DNA of 64,000 nt, taken from the NCBI GenBank assembly GCA_012518215.1, contig JAAYSV010000049.1:61025-125024 (forward strand), given 5' to 3'. Shown one piece after another: positions 26,650-35,705 of the stretch (position 1 is the first letter of the stretch; every line of letters begins with the position of its first letter). This DNA comes from Bacillota bacterium. GTDB lineage: Bacteria; Bacillota; Dethiobacteria; DTU022; PWGO01. A program made the translations under genes and the position numbers. The notes beneath the pieces were generated by a model. That model was not told the origin of the DNA. It made no database searches and saw only the letters and a program-made list of their open reading frames with translations.

Positions 26650-27714
26650 TTGCCCACACCGCTAAAAAGCAAACTGGTCATAGGTAGTTGCGTTCTCCTT
26701 GCCCTGCTGGCACTGTTTATCATCGGCAATCATTTTCTCTTCCCTTCCGATCATAAACCTGATGAAGTGATGAACGAACCTCCTCCGGACAAGACGGAGA
26801 ACAAGCCGTTTTTATCACCGTATACCGGACTTCCCATGGAAGGGGAACTCCTGGAACGCCCGCTTGCCGCGATGATCGATAACCATCAACAGGCCCGGCC
26901 GCAACATAATTTGCAAGTTGCCTCCTACGTCTACGAGGTCATTGCCGAGGGCGGAATCACACGGTTTCTGGCCGTCTTTCACCATAAATACGAGGGGAAG
27001 ATTGGCCCCGTACGCAGTATCCGCCCCTACTATGCCCATCTGGCCAGAGAAAACGATGCGGTGGTAGCCCACTGTGGATCATCAAGGCAGAGCGTGGAAT
27101 TGTTGCGAAAAAAGGGCTATGATCATCTTGACGAACAACCCAATCCCGCCTATTTTTTTCGTGAAAACACCCTTCGCCCTCCCCACAACCTGTTTACCGA
27201 CATGGACAGGATGATAGACGGAGCCAAACATTATCAGCTGTACCGGCCTACCCGGCAGGCCCCGCTCTGGGAAATCAGCGAAAGCGAAGGAGAAACCTTC
27301 GGTTCCGCGGAAGAAATAGGGATCAACTTCAGCAATTACAATCGTGTGCTCTATCGCTGGGATGAAGGCGAAAAAGGCTACCGTCGTTTTATCAACGGCC
27401 AACCCCATGTCGACGGGCAGGACAACAGGCAACTCATCGTGCAGAATGTCATCATTCAGTACGTGCCTGCAAGGCTTATTTCCAATGTACACCGGGAATA
27501 TTCCCTGGTGGGAAACGGGGAAGGGCTGCACGTCAGCAACGGACATTCCCGGAACCTGCAATGGTCAAAGGGTAGCTTTGATACAGAGACCCGTTTTACC
27601 CTTGAAGGCGGGCAGCCGCTCAAGATTGCCCCGGGGAATACCTGGATACATATACTCACACCTGAATCCAACACCGTAACGATCGGAACAGGTAAAGAAG
27701 AACCGCTCCCCTGA
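26650..27714 (+). CDS. DUF3048 (YerB-like) secreted/membrane-anchored protein
   Basis: Contains PLAAMIDNHQQARPQ...EVIAEGGITRFLAVF, as in DUF3048. The start is set at TTG 26650 (AAAGGGG 8 nt upstream) because the track ATG at 26629 has no SD. Confidence 0.7.
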   Translation: MPTPLKSKLVIGSCVLLALLALFIIGNHFLFPSDHKPDEVMNEPPPDKTENKPFLSPYTGLPMEGELLERPLAAMIDNHQQARPQHNLQVASYVYEVIAEGGITRFLAVFHHKYEGKIGPVRSIRPYYAHLARENDAVVAHCGSSRQSVELLRKKGYDHLDEQPNPAYFFRENTLRPPHNLFTDMDRMIDGAKHYQLYRPTRQAPLWEISESEGETFGSAEEIGINFSNYNRVLYRWDEGEKGYRRFINGQPHVDGQDNRQLIVQNVIIQYVPARLISNVHREYSLVGNGEGLHVSNGHSRNLQWSKGSFDTETRFTLEGGQPLKIAPGNTWIHILTPESNTVTIGTGKEEPLP

Positions 27715-27727
27715 ACCGTATCTTTCC

Positions 27728-29485
27728 TTACTTTTGCATCACCATGAAACGTTCCATGTAATAAAGGAACAGGCGATTGAAATATCCGTTGAAATAGAAA
27801 TCACTGGCATGGGCGGCCAGAGGCAGATAGATGATCGCACAATCGTTGTTCCCCGCTTCCCTGTACCTCTCCTGGAAAGAAGTCGAGGTCTCGTATGCAA
27901 CCATGCCATCTTTCATCCCCTGATAGATCAAACAGGGGGGGCTGTCCTTCTCCACGAGCAGTTCCACATCTTTCCACTCGTCTGCTCCCCCCAGCTTCTC
28001 GAAGATGAGCTGCTCCTTGTTTGCAGGATAAAAGGGGATAAAACCTTTGATGTCAAGTTCAGGACTGAATAGTTCCTGGTGTTGCCCGCCGGAGATAGCC
28101 AGAGCCATGGCCGTTGTAAAGTGCCCGCCGGCAGACCCCCCGGAAATAAACACAGAATCCAGATTGGCGCCATATTCTGCGGCATGTTCCTCCAGATAAT
28201 AGCTGAAGATGCCCAGGTGGCGTACCATGTCGTCAAGAGAAAATGGGCCGGTCAGATACTCCGGTGCTCCCAGTGATAAAACAGAGAGAGCTGCCTCCGG
28301 GATTTCAATTTTGTTCAGAAAACCGATAAAATCATACATTTCATTGAGCATGAGCAGATCGATGCGGTCCGAAAGCCCGTATTCCACATCGAAGACAGTG
28401 TAGCCCTGGGAGGCAAGATATTTGTTCATGGGCATCATGTTGAAAACACCCTTGCTCCCGGCTATCCATGCCCCACCGTGAACGCGGATGAGGGTTGAAC
28501 CCCAACCGGGAAGATCGGGGTTGTCTTCGGCCGGCATGAAAACATCGAAATACAGGCGTATCCCTTCGTCCACCCCCTCCGTACCTTCATAGAAAAGAAC
28601 GTCTTGCTCGTAAATAAAATCAACCGGTGGTGTTCCAAGAAAATATGCGGGAATGGAGATCTTGCTCGGCAGGAATAGAACTTCGTCCGACGGATCAATT
28701 TCCGCGCGCCACCCCTCCCCGAAAGCAGCGGCAAAATTGGCTTCCGCCGCGGTGGAAGCACGTGGAATCGCAAACAACGGGGATAGAAAGATGATAAAAA
28801 TGGCCAGGCCGGTTATGCCCGTCAGATAACGCAGCCCGCTCGGTGTCTTCTTGTAAATTTTCAATATCAACAACGCCAGAGTGAAAAAATAAAAGGCCCA
28901 GAATATGCCAAACTGACAGACGAGGATCTGGGTCATGCCGAAATAGCAAGTCAGCAAAACATACGCCAGGAAGAACGAGGGAAGATACAGGATGTAGATC
29001 AGCAGCAGGAGAATCTTCTTCAGGAATGGGGTTTTCTGATCTATCTCCTCCAACGAAAAACGCTTCCTGATGGGAAAATCATCGGAAATCCCGGCCAGGG
29101 TCATGAGCAGATGGATGATCCCGAAGCCCAGAATACCGAAAAATGATGGGTAGACTGCAAGGAGCATGGTACGGTTGAAATCCACATTGTCAAGCGTGTT
29201 GGTTGCCTGCAGGTTACCGAACCAGATTCCCAGTATGGCCACGAAGAAAAAAAGCAGATAGAATGTCCCGAAGGCATTCAGCTTGCCGCTTGCACCCCAC
29301 AGATTGTTCAGATAGACAACCAGAATGTTGGTCGTGAAAGCCAGCAGGATCAGAACACCAAAGAAATTCAAAAAAGGAGCCTTCCCCGGCATGGCAACAT
29401 AAATGATCCCGTAAATTAAAGAAACCAGGCTCAAAAAAAGAGCAAATACAGTGATTCCTCTCAGTACATTCTTTTTTTCCAACAT
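27728..29485 (-). CDS. Polytopic membrane domain fused to an alpha/beta hydrolase (HSL/esterase-lipase fold-3 type)
   Basis: 585-aa ORF. The first ~250 residues contain about 8 hydrophobic segments. The C-terminal half has VHGGAW (oxyanion HGG) and the GGSAGG nucleophile elbow. Confidence 0.7.
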   Translation of the reverse strand: MLEKKNVLRGITVFALFLSLVSLIYGIIYVAMPGKAPFLNFFGVLILLAFTTNILVVYLNNLWGASGKLNAFGTFYLLFFFVAILGIWFGNLQATNTLDNVDFNRTMLLAVYPSFFGILGFGIIHLLMTLAGISDDFPIRKRFSLEEIDQKTPFLKKILLLLIYILYLPSFFLAYVLLTCYFGMTQILVCQFGIFWAFYFFTLALLILKIYKKTPSGLRYLTGITGLAIFIIFLSPLFAIPRASTAAEANFAAAFGEGWRAEIDPSDEVLFLPSKISIPAYFLGTPPVDFIYEQDVLFYEGTEGVDEGIRLYFDVFMPAEDNPDLPGWGSTLIRVHGGAWIAGSKGVFNMMPMNKYLASQGYTVFDVEYGLSDRIDLLMLNEMYDFIGFLNKIEIPEAALSVLSLGAPEYLTGPFSLDDMVRHLGIFSYYLEEHAAEYGANLDSVFISGGSAGGHFTTAMALAISGGQHQELFSPELDIKGFIPFYPANKEQLIFEKLGGADEWKDVELLVEKDSPPCLIYQGMKDGMVAYETSTSFQERYREAGNNDCAIIYLPLAAHASDFYFNGYFNRLFLYYMERFMVMQK

Positions 29486-29926
29486 GAGCTTATCCTCCCT
29501 TGCGAACCAAAATATAATTTGCCTTCAAGTAATACATATTTCTATACAACCCGTTTTTAAACCTTTTTTTAAAAAACAATTGCCGGGGTATCGATACAAA
29601 ATTGCTACCTGTCATCACGAAGAGGTGATGGCAATATCATTGTACCAGGGAGATGGCAATGATGGGAACCTGTTTTATACGGGGAGAGCCGGTAGCTCAC
29701 TGCTTTACAGGAGGGGACCCCACAGTTATCCGGACCCCGGCAATCAACTTGAATGCTGCTGATGGAGATTGTTTTTCCTCTGCCATGACAGATGCGTGGG
29801 CGGAGCGGGGCTGTTGGTTGCTCTGAATCAGGGGAAACAGGAACCATCAATACAGAAAGAACGGGTATCTGTCATTTTCTGTTCTGCCAAAATGGTGTCA
29901 GGATGTTAATGAAAGGAGTGCAAAAT

Positions 29927-30874
29927 TTGAAATCGATTCGTAACCATCGTTCCCTCCATTCCATGATTTTCCCCATGGTTGCGTTCTGCGCCTTGATCGC
30001 CGTGGCAGCCTGCGGTTGCCATGACCATCATGATGCTTGCCCGGATGGAAACGGCAAGATAGCGGTCATGGCCACTATCTTTCCCATCGCTGATATAATC
30101 AAAAACATTGGTGGAAATTACGTTGTCGTGACCTGCCTTCTCCCCCCCGGAGCAGATCCCCATACTTTCGAACCCACCGCATCACAGGTTAAAAATACTT
30201 CGCAAGCAGATATATTTTTCTGCATCGGCGGCGGGCTTGATGATTGGGCCACGAAACTTTCCGATGCAGCGGCAGAGCGAAAACCCCAACTCACCCGCCT
30301 CATGGAAAACATGCATGAGTCAGTATTGCCCTTTCCGGAACATGATTCGGCGCGCGTTGAAAATCCCCACATCTGGCTCGACCCCTTGCTGGTACGCGAT
30401 CATATCGTTCCGATCATTACCGAGGAACTGTCACATGCCCTTCCGCAAATGAAAGAATGTTTTGCAGAAAATAGTGCCGCTTATCAGCTAGAACTGACCG
30501 CACTCGACCGGGAGATAAACAAACGCTTCACCTCGCTGAAGAGACGTTCTTTTATCTCCTACCATTCTGCCTGGGTATATTTTGCGGCACGCTACGAATT
30601 GGAGGAAACAGCGGTTATCTCCGAACATCCGGGTGAAGAACCTTCGCCCCGGTGGGTTGCTGAACTGATAGATCTTGCCAGGGAACATGCAATAACCACC
30701 ATATTCGCCGAACCGCAAACGAACACTGCCATGGCCGAGAGTATTGCTGCCGAAATAGGCGGCCACGTTTCGCTGCTCGACCCCGTGGGGGGCGAGGGCA
30801 TCCCGGGCAGGAGCTCCTATCTGGAACTTATGCGCTACAACACCGATTTGATAGCGGAAGGATTCCGGGAATGA
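29927..30874 (+). CDS. Metal (Zn/Mn) ABC transporter substrate-binding lipoprotein, ZnuA/TroA family
   Basis: Contains NPHIWLDP and a lipobox (AVAACGC). The start is set at TTG 29927 (AAAGGAG 8 nt upstream). The track start at 29792 adds an implausible N-terminus. Confidence 0.8.
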   Translation: MKSIRNHRSLHSMIFPMVAFCALIAVAACGCHDHHDACPDGNGKIAVMATIFPIADIIKNIGGNYVVVTCLLPPGADPHTFEPTASQVKNTSQADIFFCIGGGLDDWATKLSDAAAERKPQLTRLMENMHESVLPFPEHDSARVENPHIWLDPLLVRDHIVPIITEELSHALPQMKECFAENSAAYQLELTALDREINKRFTSLKRRSFISYHSAWVYFAARYELEETAVISEHPGEEPSPRWVAELIDLAREHAITTIFAEPQTNTAMAESIAAEIGGHVSLLDPVGGEGIPGRSSYLELMRYNTDLIAEGFRE

Positions 30875-30907
30875 ATTCGAAAAAATGTACGGGAGGTAAA
30901 ACCGACA

Positions 30908-31726
30908 ATGTCCTCCAGCCGTGTCATTGTAGAATTCAGGGATGTTTGCATCAACATTGACGGGGTTAAGATACTGGAAAAGATAACTTTTCAAGTAAAC
31001 AGAGGAGAGATGATCGGGGTTATCGGCCCCAATGGGGCAGGTAAAACCACCCTTTTAAAAACGGTCCTCGGGTTGGTAAAATTTGAGCGGGGGGAAGTCC
31101 TTGTTTTTGGGGTCAACCCTGCACACCTTGGTAAAAAACGCCGTCTGATTGGATATATCCCCCAGACGAACACTTTTGAGCCGAGGTTTCCTGTTTCCTC
31201 TGCCGATGTGGTCTCCATGGGCTTGCTCGGTCATCGTCCCGGGTCGGGTTTTTCAATATCCCGGCGGAAACAGATCACCGAGACCCTTGAAAAGGTCGGT
31301 CTGGCTGACTGCGCCGACTATCCATTCTACACTCTTTCCGGAGGGCAGCAGCAAGGTATCCTCCTGGCCAGGGCTATTATTGGTAAACCGGAGTTGCTCC
31401 TGCTCGATGAACCTACTTCGGGGCTCGATGCGGTTGCCCGGGAAAATTTTCTTGTCCTGCTGGAAAATTTGCAAAGGCATCTGGGCCTTACCGTCATGAT
31501 GGTCTCTCATGATTTCATGAGTATTGCCCATTCAACACATTCGATCATCTGTATCAACAATTCCATGCATATCCATGGAAATCCATCCGAAGTACTTGGC
31601 GATTCCCGCCTTGGTGAACTTTTCCGTTGTCAGTATGACGTTCTGGAACATGGAAAAAAGTTGACGAACAACATCCCCCGAAGGCCAGAGAACGAAAGCC
31701 CTCCCGAAACAGGAAGTGATGGCTAA
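30908..31726 (+). CDS. Metal ABC transporter ATP-binding protein
   Basis: Has Walker A (GPNGAGKTT), the ABC signature (LSGGQQQ) and Walker B (LLLLDEP). Confidence 0.85.
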   Translation: MSSSRVIVEFRDVCINIDGVKILEKITFQVNRGEMIGVIGPNGAGKTTLLKTVLGLVKFERGEVLVFGVNPAHLGKKRRLIGYIPQTNTFEPRFPVSSADVVSMGLLGHRPGSGFSISRRKQITETLEKVGLADCADYPFYTLSGGQQQGILLARAIIGKPELLLLDEPTSGLDAVARENFLVLLENLQRHLGLTVMMVSHDFMSIAHSTHSIICINNSMHIHGNPSEVLGDSRLGELFRCQYDVLEHGKKLTNNIPRRPENESPPETGSDG

Positions 31727-32546
31727 CATGGATAATATTTTTTCTTTTATCTTCATGCAACGGGCCCTGATCGCCTCGGTGATGATCGGTGTACTATGCT
31801 CCGCCGTCTCCCTTCTGGTGGTACTTAAACGACTTTCTTTCCTGAGTGTTGGCCTTTCCCATTCAGCGCTCGGGGGTATCGCCATGGGCCTGGTAACCGG
31901 GATAAATCCAATGTTGACCGGTATCCTGTTTGCCATAATCGTTGCTCTGGCCACGGGCCTTGCAACTCATCGACGAAAAATTGCTGAAGACACTGCCATC
32001 GGCATCATGTTCTCGGCAGGTATGGGAATTGGCATCATCCTTATCAGCCTTGCCAGTGGATACTATCCTGAACTCTTCTCCCTGCTTTTCGGGAATATCC
32101 TCGCTGTTACATCAGCCGATCTCTACCTGCTGGGAACGGTAACGGTGGCGGTTCTGCTTTTCATCGGCTTTTTCCTGAAGGAGTTGCTGGCGATCTGCTT
32201 TGACGAAGAGATGGCTTTGGTGGGCGGCATTCCGGTCATGCCTCTTTATCTGGGTATGTTGGTGGCCATGGCAGTGACGATCATGGTTTCTGTAAAGATC
32301 GCCGGTGTCGTTCTTGCTTCCGCCTTGCTTGTCATTCCGGCAGCAACCGGTTATCGTCTATGCAAAAATTATCGGGGTATGCTTGTTGCCTCCCTGCTCA
32401 CGGGATTGGTCGGTTGTATCGGTGGTCTGCTTCTATCCTACTTCTTGAACTTCCCGTCAGGAGCCACGATCGTGTTGGTGATGACGACACTCTTCCTGCT
32501 TTCCGGTTTTAAAAAAACAAAGGACCCCCCCACGGCCTCATTCTGA
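31716..32546 (+). CDS. Metal ABC transporter permease (ABC-3 family)
   Basis: 276-aa polytopic ORF with an 11-nt overlap with the ATPase gene. Confidence 0.8.
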   Translation: MMANMDNIFSFIFMQRALIASVMIGVLCSAVSLLVVLKRLSFLSVGLSHSALGGIAMGLVTGINPMLTGILFAIIVALATGLATHRRKIAEDTAIGIMFSAGMGIGIILISLASGYYPELFSLLFGNILAVTSADLYLLGTVTVAVLLFIGFFLKELLAICFDEEMALVGGIPVMPLYLGMLVAMAVTIMVSVKIAGVVLASALLVIPAATGYRLCKNYRGMLVASLLTGLVGCIGGLLLSYFLNFPSGATIVLVMTTLFLLSGFKKTKDPPTASF

Positions 32547-32566
32547 AAACCCTGTTTCACATCTTT

Positions 32567-33247
32567 CTAGAAAAAATAACTCTTGATGGTGGAAAAATTA
32601 CGGTCAATGTTTTCCGGCCCGGAAACCATATCCATGTGCCCTGGCAGCAACCATTGGATTTCCTCTTCCATGAGAGACAGTTTTTCAATGCTTTCTTTCA
32701 TCAATTCCATGTCGCCGCCCGGAAAATCTGTGCGCCCGATACTGGATCTGAAAACGGTATCGCCGCTGATCAGTGCTTTTTCCTTGTAGTGATAAAAACA
32801 GGCTGAGCCCGGTGAGTGCCCGGGGGTATGCAACACTTTCAAGACCGTGTCCCCCACCTCCAGATCTCCTTCCTGAAGGAAAATATCCGGGGCCAGATCG
32901 ACAGAGGTGTTTCCACCCCGTTCATGATATATTCTGGCCATCGCGTCAAGCAGGTACTCCTCCTCCTTGTGCACCGCGATACGCGCACCGCTTTCTTCCC
33001 TGATCGCCGGCGCCGACTCGTAATGGTCCGGATGGCCGTGAGTGCAGATGATCAGCTTGATATCTTTGAAAGAAAAACCGTCTTTTTCAATTTTTTTTCT
33101 TAACTGCTCCATGCAATCTTCACCAAATTCATTCCTCAGGTGACCGGGATCAACAAGGATATTCTTCTCTCCCGCCAAAAGATATGTATTGCAGTTATTT
33201 CCGTACCCCCCCCAGGGATACCAGAATAGCTTTTCCGTCAACAACAA
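32567..33247 (-). CDS. MBL-fold metallo-hydrolase
   Basis: Contains THGHPDH (HxHxDH) and HTPGHSPG. The start is trimmed to one of five consecutive TTG codons (33239-33253) that follow AAGGAGGG. The track's upstream extension overlaps a well-supported plus-strand gene. Confidence 0.75.
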   Translation of the reverse strand: MLLTEKLFWYPWGGYGNNCNTYLLAGEKNILVDPGHLRNEFGEDCMEQLRKKIEKDGFSFKDIKLIICTHGHPDHYESAPAIREESGARIAVHKEEEYLLDAMARIYHERGGNTSVDLAPDIFLQEGDLEVGDTVLKVLHTPGHSPGSACFYHYKEKALISGDTVFRSSIGRTDFPGGDMELMKESIEKLSLMEEEIQWLLPGHMDMVSGPENIDRNFSTIKSYFF

Positions 33248-33337
33248 CAACAATCCCTCCTTAACATCATTGCTTCGTTCTGATATAATGTAATAATTAT
33301 AGCACATTCTGGGAAAAAGGGGCAAAGGAGATCCAAT

Positions 33338-33889
33338 ATGGACAAGATCAGATCGGCAGCCGAGATTGCCATGGAAAAAATCAAAAAAATAGACATCGAT
33401 AGCAATGCCGTTGAAAAACACGGCGAGTACATAAAGGCGGCCAAAGTACTGGCTTCCGCACTCATTGAAAACAGAACCGACGCAGAAAAAATAATGCAAT
33501 CTCTCAAGCGCTATCCGCAGGATGTCATGAATGCCGTGGAAAAAGTTTTTTTTCAGAGCATTGCCGGAGGCATCAATCTTTCCAATACAACGGAAATCAT
33601 AAATATGATCCATCACCTGACCTCCGATAAAGTTATCCTGGAGGCGACAGAAGAGTTGAATGCCATTTTCCGGCAGCGTCAGGCAAAGTTGAAAAAGCTA
33701 CTGGAAGAGGCTGCAAGTAAAAGAGAAGAACTGGCCCTGCAGGAACTGAGCAGGGAAGGAATAAGAGGGTCTGCCATTTACCGTATAAACTCCAGGGGTG
33801 ACATCGGGGAAGACATATTTTCCCGCTGCGAGGAAGAATATCGCAGGGAGATATCGGGTTTTTGTTCTTTTCTTTCTCAAAAAGCCTGA
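33338..33889 (+). CDS. Hypothetical helical protein
   Basis: 183-aa ORF with AAAGGAG 7 nt upstream of the ATG. I recognise no family. Confidence 0.6.
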   Translation: MDKIRSAAEIAMEKIKKIDIDSNAVEKHGEYIKAAKVLASALIENRTDAEKIMQSLKRYPQDVMNAVEKVFFQSIAGGINLSNTTEIINMIHHLTSDKVILEATEELNAIFRQRQAKLKKLLEEAASKREELALQELSREGIRGSAIYRINSRGDIGEDIFSRCEEEYRREISGFCSFLSQKA

Positions 33890-33898
33890 TCTAATGGG

Positions 33899-35302
33899 GT
33901 GTACAAGATAGTAAACGATAACCGCACCGAGTTGCTGGAGGAAAATATCTTCACCCTGATCTGGAGATATTCCCTTCCGGCTACCACGGGCATGCTAGTA
34001 AACGCATCATTCAATATAATCGACACCATATTCGTCGGCTTTCTGGGGAGCGAGGCCATCGCCGGCCTCTCCGTATCCTTCCCCGTGCAAATGTTGATGG
34101 GAGGCATCGCCATCGGCACCGCCGTGGGGGCCTCATCCCTTATCTCACGTCAACTAGGTGCCGGTGATTACAGGGAGGCCAGCAAAACAGCCAGTCAGTC
34201 CTTCTCCCTGGCACTGTTGCTCAGTCTCGTTATCATCTTTATCGGCATTTTCTACCTGGAAGATATGATCACCATGTTCGGTGCCACCCCCGAGATATTT
34301 TCGGCCACATACGATTATCTTTCCATAATTTTGTGGGGGGCTCCCACCGTCTTCCTGATGATGATGAGCAACAATATCATCCGCGGTGAAGGGAACCCGG
34401 TCATGTCCATGAAGATCATGATCGCCGGTGCGGTGCTGAATATCATCCTCGATCCCATCTTCATCTTTGTTCTGGACCTGGGCATCAAGGGCGCCGCTCT
34501 GGCAACGGTCGTTGCCCGCACAATCGTGCTCTTCTACGTTGCTTATTATTATCTTTCGGGCAAGAGTGTTGTCCGTATTGCAGCGAAATGGTTCCTGCTC
34601 CGCTGGAAAATAATTTATGAAATATACAGGGTGGGCATCTCTGCGATCTTCACACAGATTGCCTTCAATCTGGCTACTATTTTCGTGAACAGGATTCTTG
34701 GAGGCTATGATTACCTGGGCATCGCCGCTCTCGGAATTATCATGCGCTTGCAGGCATTTATCATCTTGCCCTGTATCGGCATCTCCCAGGGCCTTCTGAC
34801 CATCATCGGTTTCAATTTCGGGGCCGGGCTCCACAAAAGAGTGCGCGAATCATTCCTTAAAGCGACATTTGTTGCTTTCATCTTTGCTACTGCCATCTCC
34901 CTTCCTTTCTTTCTTTTTTCCCCCTTCTTCATCAGCATATTCAGCCGGGATTACCAGCTGATCGAGATTGCTTCTTACGCATTGCGCATCATGGTCGTCT
35001 CCATCCCCATTGCCTCCTTCCAGATCATCTCCTCGGTTCTTTTTCAGGGAACAGGACGTGGATTGCCTGCCCTGGTACTGACACTTTCCCGTCAATTGCT
35101 GCTCTACCTGCCCCTGGTTTATATTCTGGATAAATTCTGGGGTATGGATGGAATCTGGTTCTCCGCCCCCATCTCTGACATGGCCTCCTGGATAATAGCC
35201 CTGGTTGCTGTGACCATTGAATTCAACCGCTTGAAAACCCCTATGTGGAGTTATATCTCCGCTTCATTGCAGCGGAGGATAGCCCGTGAACCAACCCCCT
35301 AG
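33899..35302 (+). CDS. MATE family efflux transporter
   Basis: 467-aa ORF with about 12 TM segments and a MATE-like N-terminus (IWRYSLPATTGMLVNASFNIIDTIFVG). GTG start. Confidence 0.8.
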   Translation: MYKIVNDNRTELLEENIFTLIWRYSLPATTGMLVNASFNIIDTIFVGFLGSEAIAGLSVSFPVQMLMGGIAIGTAVGASSLISRQLGAGDYREASKTASQSFSLALLLSLVIIFIGIFYLEDMITMFGATPEIFSATYDYLSIILWGAPTVFLMMMSNNIIRGEGNPVMSMKIMIAGAVLNIILDPIFIFVLDLGIKGAALATVVARTIVLFYVAYYYLSGKSVVRIAAKWFLLRWKIIYEIYRVGISAIFTQIAFNLATIFVNRILGGYDYLGIAALGIIMRLQAFIILPCIGISQGLLTIIGFNFGAGLHKRVRESFLKATFVAFIFATAISLPFFLFSPFFISIFSRDYQLIEIASYALRIMVVSIPIASFQIISSVLFQGTGRGLPALVLTLSRQLLLYLPLVYILDKFWGMDGIWFSAPISDMASWIIALVAVTIEFNRLKTPMWSYISASLQRRIAREPTP

Positions 35303-35579
35303 CCGAATTTCCCTCTCCCGTTCTTCTACTTCATTGCCCATGATGGCCTGGCCACAAAGTCCGCAGCCCACCGTGAAAAAGCGTAGAGGAAGAAACGGAA
35401 AAGCAGGAAAATAGCCATGTGGCTGTCATCAAAGATCCGGAAATTGCAGCCTGGCGGGTTGAGCCTCTCTTCTTGACTGCCGCGTGGCAAAGGAATTTTC
35501 TCGTACGGCAGTCAACCGTGGCTTGATACGGGTGGGCAAGGTGAAATGCCAGGGCTTGAATAACGCCAACATCGTCCTG

Positions 35580-35622
35580 AAAATAAATCGCTCCCGGGCA
35601 GAGCATGTCCCCGCCCGGGAGC
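35580..35622 (-). terminator. Rho-independent terminator after the acylase gene
   Basis: On the minus strand the sequence is GCTCCCGGGC-(13 nt)-GCCCGGGAGC followed by GATTTATTTT. Confidence 0.55.
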
Positions 35623-35705
35623 AGAATTGTCTACTTTGTATTTTTCCTCTCACTCATGAACAACGTTTACCGCGCGAACGTCAAGTCCGGGATAAGGCCT
35701 CCGTT

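Noticed and set aside
29600-29900. Calling the znuA leader a cobalamin or NiCo (czcD) riboswitch
   Set aside because: Only scattered similarity is present (CTGCCAT...GTGGG, ACAG, TGGGCGG). The conserved cores are absent or out of order, and NiCo elements normally precede exporters rather than importers. I kept it as an open observation only.
33248-33616. N-terminal 120-codon extension of the MBL hydrolase ORF (track start 33616)
   Set aside because: It overlaps the plus-strand 183-aa gene, which has a strong SD. The MBL domain begins right after an AAGGAGGG plus TTG run at 33239-33253.
35331-35606. 91-aa minus-strand ORF between the MATE gene and the acylase terminator
   Set aside because: It starts inside the terminator hairpin, has no SD, and its composition is not protein-like.
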